Assembly (NCBI GenBank): GCA_020639315.1
Contig: JACKGM010000002.1
Coordinates: 158,321 to 222,320, forward strand
Length of the DNA: 64,000 nt
Origin: Candidatus Nomurabacteria bacterium
GTDB taxonomy: Bacteria; Patescibacteriota; Saccharimonadia; JAGOAT01
Direction of reading: 5' to 3'
Shown: one piece after another, positions 57,420-64,000 of the stretch
Layout of the letters: each line of letters opens with the position of its first letter
Position numbering within the stretch: the stretch's first letter is position 1
Notes under the pieces: model-generated
What the model was told of the DNA's origin: nothing
Databases searched by the model: none
Seen by the model: the letters and a program-made list of their open reading frames with translations, nothing else
Position numbers and translations under genes: made by a program

Positions 57420-58547
57420 GTGTACAAATTGACCAAACCTTTGATTTTTATTGCTGGAGTTGTCCTAGGTATCAGTCTTGCCTACTTCAATCTACCTTTG
57501 ACCCACCAGTCTTCGGAAGTCAGCCCAGCGACCGAGCAAGAATTTCAACCGATTTTTGAGACTTTATCACTAATCCAGGACAAATATGCCAGAGATTATG
57601 ATATTAGTGAGCTAATTGACTCAGCCAACAAAGGCTTAGTAGCTGGTCTTGGAGATGACTTCAGCTACCAGCTCAATGCCGAAGAGTTTTCTCAGCTTGA
57701 GGCTAGCCTCAATAGTACTTTTAGTGGTGTGGGTATTCGCCTTGATCAAGTAGAGGGCAAAACTTTTGTCGTCACACCGATCAAAGACTCTCCAGCCCTA
57801 GCAGCTGGGATCAAGCCAGGTGATCAGATTGTCAAAGTCGATGACGAGGATATCACAGATCAACCATTAGACCTAATTATTAGCAAGATCACTGGACCTG
57901 TTGATAGCTATGTCACACTTAGTCTTATTAGAGGCGAGGAACCCTTGCAGTTTGAAATTCAACGCAAAGAAATCGTTGCACCCTCGACTAACCTCGAATA
58001 CAAAGATGGAGTAGCGGTCCTCGATATCGACCAATTTGCTCGCAATACCGCTAATGAAGTATCTAGCTATTTAGCTGAACCCGAGTTGCAATCCAGCAAG
58101 GAACTGATTATTGATCTCAGGGATAACCCTGGAGGCTACTTGGATAGCGTAGTTGAAATAGCTGATTACTTCCTAGACTCTGGTGTTATTTACTCCCAAA
58201 AAGGCAAACAATCCGAACACTCTGAATCAGCGGACAAAGAGACCATGGTGCCGACCGATCTTCAGATCGTAGTACTGATTGACGATCACAGTGCCTCAGC
58301 TGCCGAGATCCTGGCAGGAGCGCTCAAGGATAACCATCGTGCCACCCTGATTGGACAAAAGACATATGGGAAGGGAAGTGTCCAGGAGCTGATCGACGTC
58401 GACGATGACAACTACCTGAGGCTAACTACGGCTCTTTGGTATACTCCTGATGGCGTCAATATCGACCACGAAGGCATTAGCCCAGATACTACCCTGGAAT
58501 CAGATCAAGATAGCCTAGAATATGCCCTAAGTCATTTAGATGACTGA
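57420..58547 (+). CDS. S41 carboxyl-terminal processing protease with PDZ domain
   Basis: PDZ (GIKPGDQIVKVDD), DLRDNPGGYL, SASAAEILAGALKD. GTG start. Confidence 0.85.
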   Translation: MYKLTKPLIFIAGVVLGISLAYFNLPLTHQSSEVSPATEQEFQPIFETLSLIQDKYARDYDISELIDSANKGLVAGLGDDFSYQLNAEEFSQLEASLNSTFSGVGIRLDQVEGKTFVVTPIKDSPALAAGIKPGDQIVKVDDEDITDQPLDLIISKITGPVDSYVTLSLIRGEEPLQFEIQRKEIVAPSTNLEYKDGVAVLDIDQFARNTANEVSSYLAEPELQSSKELIIDLRDNPGGYLDSVVEIADYFLDSGVIYSQKGKQSEHSESADKETMVPTDLQIVVLIDDHSASAAEILAGALKDNHRATLIGQKTYGKGSVQELIDVDDDNYLRLTTALWYTPDGVNIDHEGISPDTTLESDQDSLEYALSHLDD

Positions 58548-61296
58548 ACAAATCTTAGATAGAGAATATCCTAGTCCCATTAGACCCAATGCCAGCTATT
58601 TGGGTATGTATAGTTTGGCTCCTAATAATCCGCCATTATCTAGCTCAGATGCTCTCGAGGAAGAATATCTATCAATAATCAGAAACCTATATACAAAGAT
58701 TGCTAAATACCTCCAAAAGTTACCTGGCACTCTTCTATCTATCCTCAATAACACCGAAGTGGATGAAAGACTGAAACTAAAAGCAATTGGACAGATAGGA
58801 GTCTTGCCAGAGCATGAGAGATTGGAGCTATTTGAGGCTATTAGTAATACTATTTTGTCTATCCTCAATAACCCCGAAGGGAATAAATGGCTGAAACTAG
58901 AAGCGATTGGACAGATAGGGGTCTTGCCAGAGCATGAGAGATTGGAAATTGTTGTGTCTATCCTCGATAACACCGAAGGGTATGAATGGCTGAAACTAAA
59001 AGCAATTGGACAGATAGGGGTCTTGCCAGAGCATGAGAGATTGGAGCTATTTGAGGCTATTAGTAATACTATTTTGTCTATCCTCAATAACCCCGAAGTG
59101 TATGAAAGGCTGAAACTAGAAGCGATTGGACAGATAGGGGTCTTGCCAGAGCATGAGAGATTGAAAATTGTTTTGTCTATCCTCAATAACCCCGAAGTGG
59201 ATGAAAGGCTGAAACTAGAAGCGATTGGACAGATAGGGGTCTTGCCAGAGCATGAGAGATTGAAAATTGTTTTGTCTATCCTCAATAACCCCGAAGTGGA
59301 TGAAAGGCTGAAGCTAGAAGCGATTGGACAGATAGGGGTCTTGCCAGAGCATGAGAGATTGAAAATTGTTTTGTCTATCCTCAATAACCCCGAAGGGAAT
59401 AAATGGCTGAAACTAAAAGCAATTGGACAGATAGGGGTCTTGCCAGAGCGTGAGAGATTGGAAATTGTTTTGTCTATCCTCAATAACACCGAAGGGTATG
59501 AAAGGCTGAAACTAAAAGCAATTGGACAGATAGGGGTCTTGCCAGAGCGTGAGAGATTGGAGCTATTTGAGGATATTAGTAATACTATTTTGTCTATCCT
59601 CAATAACCCCGAAGGGAATGAATGGCTAAAACTAGAAGCGATTGGACAGATAGGGGTCTTGCCAGAGCATGAGAGATTGAAAATTGTTTTGTCTATCCTC
59701 AATAACCCCGAAGTGGATGAAAGGCTGAAACTAAAAGCAATTGGACAGATAGGGGTCTTGTCAGGGCATGAGAGATTGGAGCTATTTGAGGCTATTAGTA
59801 ATACTATTTTGTCTATCCTCAATAACCCCGAAGGGAATGAATGGCTAAAACTAGAAGCGATTGGACAGATAGGGGTCTTGCCAGAGCATGAGAGATTGAA
59901 AATTGTTGTGTCTATCCTCAATAACCCCGAAGTGGATGAAAGGCTGAAACTAAAAGCAATTGGGCAGATAGGGGTCTTGCCAGAGCATGAGAGATTGGAG
60001 CTATTTGAGGCTATTAGTAATACTATTTTGTCTATCCTCAATAACCCCGAAGTGTATGAAAGGCTGAAACTAGAAGCGATTGGACAGATAGGGGTCTTGC
60101 CAGAGCGTGAGAGACTGGAGCTATTTGAGGATATTAGTAATACTATTTTGTCTATCCTCAATAACCCCGAAGTGGATGAAAGGCTGAAACTAGAAGCGAT
60201 TGGACAGATAGGGGTCTTGCCAGAGCATGAGAGATTGAAAATTGTTTTGTCTATCCTCGATAACCCCGAAGTGAATGAAAGGCTGAAACTAGAAGCGATT
60301 GGACAGATAGGGGTCTTGTCAGGGCATGAGAGATTGGAGCTATTTGAGGCTATTAGTAATACTATTTTGTCTATCCTCAATAACCCCGAAGTGGATGAAA
60401 GGCTGAAACTAGAAGCGATTGGACAGATAGGGGTCTTGCCAGAGCATGAGAGATTGAAAATTGTTTTGTCTATCCTTAATAACCCCGAAGTGGATGAATG
60501 GCTGAAACTAGAAGCGATTGGACAGATAGGGGTCTTGCCAGAGCATGAGAGATTGGAAATTGTTTTGTCTATCCTCAATAACCCCGAAGGGAATAAATGG
60601 CTGAAACTAGAAGCGATTGGACAGATAGGGGTCTTGCCAGAGCATGAGAGATTGGAAATTGTTTTGTCTATCCTTAATAACCCCGAAGTGGATGAAAGGC
60701 TGAAACTAGAAGCAATTGGACAGATAGGGGTCTTGCCAGAGCATGAGAGATTGGAGCTAACGCGTATAGCCACCCCATTATTGCTTTCGTCACCACTTCA
60801 TAAATCAACTCACCCCGAAAAATTTACTGAATTTAAAAAATCTGGATCTACTACCATGATCCATCCTGGTAGTTCTGAAGCTTCCACTAGGATAATCACA
60901 GTCTCATCTTTTCTAGAGTGGCTAGAAGCCTATACAATGGCATATCAATGGCAAGAAGCAGGTTTCGATTATGTGCCAGTCGAACCAATTGCTAATTTTT
61001 CTGAAAGCCCAGAAAACCCTCTAGAAGTCCAAGTAACTACCCACAACCTCAGAGGTCGCGCCTTGCCTGAAAGTGCACTAGTACTGTATTCTCAGCAAAT
61101 TAGAGATAAAGTTACCTCTGATGTAAAACTAATTATAGATATACTGATCCGGGCAGGGATTGATCACGGTCATCCGCATGAGAGAAACTTTGTCCTAGTA
61201 CCCATCCTAGATCAAGAAGGCAAAATTGACCTAAAAATACCTCCTAGGATATATATAATCGACTTCGATCAAGCTACCCCAATAGTTAAATCTTAG
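58540..61296 (+). CDS. 918-aa protein: 19 near-identical HEAT-like 33/41-aa repeats + degenerate kinase-like C-terminal domain
   Basis: Unit LSILNNPE-xxxx-LKL(E/K)AIGQIGVLPEHERL(KIV | ELFEAISNTI). C-terminus has IDHGHPHERNFVL and IYIIDFDQA. 8-nt overlap with the protease gene. Confidence 0.7.
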   Translation: MTEQILDREYPSPIRPNASYLGMYSLAPNNPPLSSSDALEEEYLSIIRNLYTKIAKYLQKLPGTLLSILNNTEVDERLKLKAIGQIGVLPEHERLELFEAISNTILSILNNPEGNKWLKLEAIGQIGVLPEHERLEIVVSILDNTEGYEWLKLKAIGQIGVLPEHERLELFEAISNTILSILNNPEVYERLKLEAIGQIGVLPEHERLKIVLSILNNPEVDERLKLEAIGQIGVLPEHERLKIVLSILNNPEVDERLKLEAIGQIGVLPEHERLKIVLSILNNPEGNKWLKLKAIGQIGVLPERERLEIVLSILNNTEGYERLKLKAIGQIGVLPERERLELFEDISNTILSILNNPEGNEWLKLEAIGQIGVLPEHERLKIVLSILNNPEVDERLKLKAIGQIGVLSGHERLELFEAISNTILSILNNPEGNEWLKLEAIGQIGVLPEHERLKIVVSILNNPEVDERLKLKAIGQIGVLPEHERLELFEAISNTILSILNNPEVYERLKLEAIGQIGVLPERERLELFEDISNTILSILNNPEVDERLKLEAIGQIGVLPEHERLKIVLSILDNPEVNERLKLEAIGQIGVLSGHERLELFEAISNTILSILNNPEVDERLKLEAIGQIGVLPEHERLKIVLSILNNPEVDEWLKLEAIGQIGVLPEHERLEIVLSILNNPEGNKWLKLEAIGQIGVLPEHERLEIVLSILNNPEVDERLKLEAIGQIGVLPEHERLELTRIATPLLLSSPLHKSTHPEKFTEFKKSGSTTMIHPGSSEASTRIITVSSFLEWLEAYTMAYQWQEAGFDYVPVEPIANFSESPENPLEVQVTTHNLRGRALPESALVLYSQQIRDKVTSDVKLIIDILIRAGIDHGHPHERNFVLVPILDQEGKIDLKIPPRIYIIDFDQATPIVKS

Positions 61297-61386
61297 CATT
61301 ATTAGTGTTGACATATAACCCGAGCACCTTTTCAAGGGATAACTGAAAAGAATCCTTGAGTATTTTGAATATAACAAAAATTCAAT

Positions 61387-61415
61387 TTGCATTGACGGGG
61401 AATATCTGCTATAAT
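61387..61415 (+). promoter_or_regulatory. sigma70-like promoter candidate for rplJL
   Basis: TTGCAT - 17 nt - TATAAT. Confidence 0.45.
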
Positions 61416-61419
61416 TCCC

Positions 61420-61513
61420 AGAGTAGACCGAAGACCGTAGTGGTGAAAGCTTAAAAATACTACGCAGGAATAGAACAAATTTTTATTCAGCTGTCGGTCT
61501 CGGCAGTTTTTTT
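61420..61513 (+). promoter_or_regulatory. ribosomal protein L10 leader-like attenuator
   Basis: Hairpin CGTAGT...ACTACG. Terminator-like CTGTCG-gtct-CGGCAG followed by T7 (61491-61513), 18 nt before the rplJ ATG. Upstream AGACCGA can pair with TCGGTCT of the terminator arm. Confidence 0.4.
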
Positions 61514-61530
61514 ATATTAGGAAGGAACCC

Positions 61531-62058
61531 ATGGCAAAGAACAAAGCTAAGAAGAGTCAAGCGTTAGAGCTAGTCGCTAAATTATTAAATGAAAGAAAAT
61601 ACCTATTTTCAATCGTCTACAAAGGTCTTGATGCTGAAGCGATCGAAGTAGTTCGTAAGGAACTGAGAAATCAAGACATTAGCCTGACTGTTAGCAAAAA
61701 CACCTTGACCCGCAAAGCTTTAGCTGATGCTAAGGTCTCGCCAGAAGTCATTGACCAACTTCTGGATGGTCAAATTGCCTTGGTTTTTGGCCAAGACGGG
61801 GTAGAAGTAGCCAAGTCGCTTAAGGAGCTACATAAGACTTACCCTCAGCTCGAAGTAGTGGCTGGACTCGAGGACTGTTCAACCCTCTTAACTCCAGAAC
61901 AAGTCTCTGTCTTAGCTGACCTACCTAGCAGGGAACAATTACTAGCCCAATTAGCTGCCACGATCGCTGCACCTCTGACTGGCACCGTCCGTACCCTAGC
62001 TGGCAACCTTTCTGGTCTAGTCAATGTTCTAAATAATCTAAGTCAAAAAACTAATTAA
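61531..62058 (+). CDS. rplJ: 50S ribosomal protein L10
   Basis: Size, position before rplL, and an L10-like sequence (...[15 protein letters not shown]...). Confidence 0.93.
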   Translation: MAKNKAKKSQALELVAKLLNERKYLFSIVYKGLDAEAIEVVRKELRNQDISLTVSKNTLTRKALADAKVSPEVIDQLLDGQIALVFGQDGVEVAKSLKELHKTYPQLEVVAGLEDCSTLLTPEQVSVLADLPSREQLLAQLAATIAAPLTGTVRTLAGNLSGLVNVLNNLSQKTN

Positions 62059-62072
62059 CAATAAGGAGAAAA

Positions 62073-62471
62073 ATGGCTGAAGAACAATCAACCAACCCAA
62101 AATTTGATACTATTATAGATCAAATTGCAAACCTAAGTGCTTTAGAGCTTTCCGAGCTAGTCAAGGCTTTGGAAGAAAAATTCGGAGTAAGTGCTCAAGC
62201 TCCAGTAATGGCAATGGGTGCTATGCCTGCTGCCGCTGGAGAAGCTGCCGGAGAAGAGAAGAGTGAATTTGAAGTAGTTTTGACTAGCGTTGGCGACAAA
62301 AAGATCAATGTAATTAAAGCCGTAAGAGAAATCACCGGTCTTGGTCTAGCTGAGAGTAAAGCTTTAGTAGAAGCTGCTCCCAAAACTGTTAAGGAAGGGG
62401 TCAAGAAAGATGAAGCCGAAGAGATCAAGGCAAAATTGACTGAAGCTGGTGCTGGAGTAGAGCTCAAGTAA
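62073..62471 (+). CDS. rplL: 50S ribosomal protein L7/L12
   Basis: Ala/Glu-rich hinge and C-terminal [24 protein letters not shown]...[14 protein letters not shown]. Confidence 0.95.
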   Translation: MAEEQSTNPKFDTIIDQIANLSALELSELVKALEEKFGVSAQAPVMAMGAMPAAAGEAAGEEKSEFEVVLTSVGDKKINVIKAVREITGLGLAESKALVEAAPKTVKEGVKKDEAEEIKAKLTEAGAGVELK

Positions 62472-62533
62472 GCATTGTGACTTGCCAAACATCCTGATTA
62501 GTGATACTATTGGGGTGTTATTAAAAATAATAA

Positions 62534-63055
62534 ATGATGACAAATAAGAAAAACTCAGACGAAATAAGCCAACTACTTGACCAGATTAAAGCTGCTCAAA
62601 ATATGATTACCAACGCCCAGGCTCAATTGTCTGATCTAGGTTATCAATCTGCTCGTCCTGCCACTTCGGATCAAGAATCGGCGGCTGGCAAGGTCATCCA
62701 TGGTGCATTTGATGGTCAGAATATGCTAGGTGACAATCAGAAGCTTTATCCTGTACCTGCCAACTACGCTTCCAAGTCAAAACTGGTCGAGGGTGATACC
62801 CTGAAACTAACGATTGAGACCAATGGTAACTTTATCTACAAGCAAATTGGTCCGATTGATCGAATCAAGGCTGTAGGTACTCTAGTTTTAGATGACAATC
62901 AGTATTATGTTGAGACTGAAGACGGTAGATATCGTGTCCTTTATGCCAGTGTATCTTATTTTAAGGCTGTGGCTGGTGATGAGCTAAGTATCATCTTACC
63001 CAAAGACAGTGCCGCCAAGCCTCGCTGGGCTGCTGTAGAAGCAGTGATTGCCTAG
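62534..63055 (+). CDS. hypothetical protein
   Basis: 173-aa ORF. No motif recognised. Confidence 0.45.
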   Translation: MMTNKKNSDEISQLLDQIKAAQNMITNAQAQLSDLGYQSARPATSDQESAAGKVIHGAFDGQNMLGDNQKLYPVPANYASKSKLVEGDTLKLTIETNGNFIYKQIGPIDRIKAVGTLVLDDNQYYVETEDGRYRVLYASVSYFKAVAGDELSIILPKDSAAKPRWAAVEAVIA

Positions 63056-63128
63056 TCTAAGTGCCAATTCAAGGCTAGTCATCTACATCTAAACTTCTTG
63101 GAGGGTTTTATGAAATCAAGGTGTGTGT

Positions 63129-64000
63129 ATGTCGGTTGACCCTACTTCTGACTTTCTAGTTCGGGTATTTGTCCAGGGATTACTGGCTTTTGCAATTGCG
63201 ATTTGCCTGACACCTGTCTATACCTATTTTGCTTACCGGTATAAACTATGGAAGAAGCCTCGACAGACCTCCTCTACCGGTGAGACAGCTTCACTATTTA
63301 TTAGCCTCCATGCTGAAAAACATAAGAGAAATATCCCGACTATGGCAGGGGTAATTATTATAATTTCTGTAGTGTTATCAACTGTTCTATCTGGTAACCT
63401 TTCAAGGTCCCAGACTTGGCTACCAATTTTTGGGTTAATTGCAGCCGGAGCAGTAGGTGCTACTGATGACTTGATTAATCTTAGCAAATTCAAGGCTGAA
63501 GGCCTCAAGATTACCGTCAAATTCCTAAGTGTTTTAGTGATCGCGATCCTAGCTGGACTGTATTTTTATCTAAAGCTTGATTATAGCTCAATTTCCGTTC
63601 CTCTAATAGGCTCTCACGACTTGGGTTGGATGATCGTGCCACTATTTGCTATAGTGGTTGTTTCTAGCGCCAATGCTGTCAATATTAGTGACGGGCTAGA
63701 CGGTCTATCTGGCGGCCTACTCTGTATGGCTTTTACGAGCTTTAGTATTATCGCCCTTCTTAGAGGCCAAATTGGTCTAGCTGTTTTTTGCGCAGCCCTG
63801 ACCGGGGCATCCCTAGCCTATACTTGGTTTAGTATCTATCCAGCAAGGTTCTTCATGGGAGATATTGGTTCGTTTAGCTTAGGAACCAGCCTGGGGATTA
63901 TTGCTATGCTGACTGATAGTCTCTTTTTATTACCAATTATTGGGTTTGTTTTTGTGGTTGAAACTTTTTCGAGTATCATTCAAATTGGCTCCAAGAGGCT
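63129..64000 (+). CDS. mraY: phospho-N-acetylmuramoyl-pentapeptide transferase, 3'-truncated by window edge
   Basis: Own translation: ...ATDDLINL..., SSANAVNISDGLDGLSGG, YPARFFMGDIGSFSLG, VVETFSSIIQIGSKR. Absent from the ORF track because no stop is reached. Start may be the GTG at 63123 instead. Confidence 0.9.
   Translation, partial: MSVDPTSDFLVRVFVQGLLAFAIAICLTPVYTYFAYRYKLWKKPRQTSSTGETASLFISLHAEKHKRNIPTMAGVIIIISVVLSTVLSGNLSRSQTWLPIFGLIAAGAVGATDDLINLSKFKAEGLKITVKFLSVLVIAILAGLYFYLKLDYSSISVPLIGSHDLGWMIVPLFAIVVVSSANAVNISDGLDGLSGGLLCMAFTSFSIIALLRGQIGLAVFCAALTGASLAYTWFSIYPARFFMGDIGSFSLGTSLGIIAMLTDSLFLLPIIGFVFVVETFSSIIQIGSKR

Noticed and set aside
58740-60760. A diversity-generating retroelement (DGR) as the source of the four-codon variability.
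   Set aside because: No reverse transcriptase or template repeat is present in the window. Variation is spread over 19 tandem units rather than a single VR/TR pair, and the variable bases are not restricted to adenine-templated positions.
58596-60773. 725-aa ORF antisense to the repeat-protein gene.
   Set aside because: It stays open only because the 99/123-bp repeat unit happens to lack stops in that frame. Its product is low-complexity (SCSGKTPICPIASSFS...). The sense strand has an operon context (8-nt overlap with the upstream protease gene) and a non-repetitive N- and C-terminus.
63110-63139. A 9-codon upstream ORF (MKSRCVYVG) with a good GGAGG RBS that overlaps the mraY start; a possible coupling or leader peptide.
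   Set aside because: It is too short to support from sequence alone. It may simply mean the mraY start (ATG 63129 or GTG 63123) is mis-assigned.
63233-63520. 95-aa minus-strand ORF.
   Set aside because: It is antisense to the clearly recognisable mraY reading frame.

Overview
A 64-kb window from a low-GC, gene-dense bacterial genome. TGA acts as a stop (for example the der/pth ATGA overlap), so the standard code applies. Short genes, gatCAB, lone receiver domains, an LPXTG surface protein and many unassignable membrane proteins suggest a reduced Patescibacteria/CPR-type genome, perhaps Saccharibacteria-like. That placement is inference only.

The core content is housekeeping:
- Translation and RNA modification: rpmA, dus, der, pth, rpsA, infB, rbfA, gatC/A/B, rplJ, rplL, and two pseudouridine synthases.
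- Replication and repair: ligA, rarA, holB-like.
- Envelope and other: secG, pyrB, lemA, htpX, a CHAP hydrolase, an S41 protease, an S11 carboxypeptidase, and mraY (cut by the 3' edge).
- Eight tRNA genes, all with encoded CCA.
- Transport and surface: an ABC exporter, a family-5 solute-binding protein, an aquaporin, an RCK channel-like protein, two sugar nucleotidyltransferases and a GT2 synthase.
- Signalling: a PAS histidine kinase with a receiver-only partner.

The unusual feature is the non-coding and mobile load.
1. A very abundant REP/BIME-like hairpin family (GTCATCCTCCGAA ... TTACGGGGGATCCAGTATT) occurs in seven intergenic clusters. Its stems covary, and a T:G mismatch and a bulged A are conserved.
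2. At least three MITE-like families are present, including one nested insertion and one insertion with a clean 3-bp target duplication.
3. An IS200-like/RAYT tyrosine-transposase gene is bracketed by its own, different palindromic doublets.
4. Two identical IS30-family copies lie 10.9 kb apart.

Other notable loci:
- A cobalamin riboswitch upstream of a split transcobalamin-like pair of surface proteins.
- A 918-aa protein made of 19 near-identical 33/41-aa HEAT-like repeats. Variation is confined to four adjacent codons, and the repeats are fused to a degenerate kinase-like C-terminus.
- A small accessory island next to an atypical tRNA-Gly.

All calls rest on reading the sequence and the ORF translations by eye. 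No database search was run.
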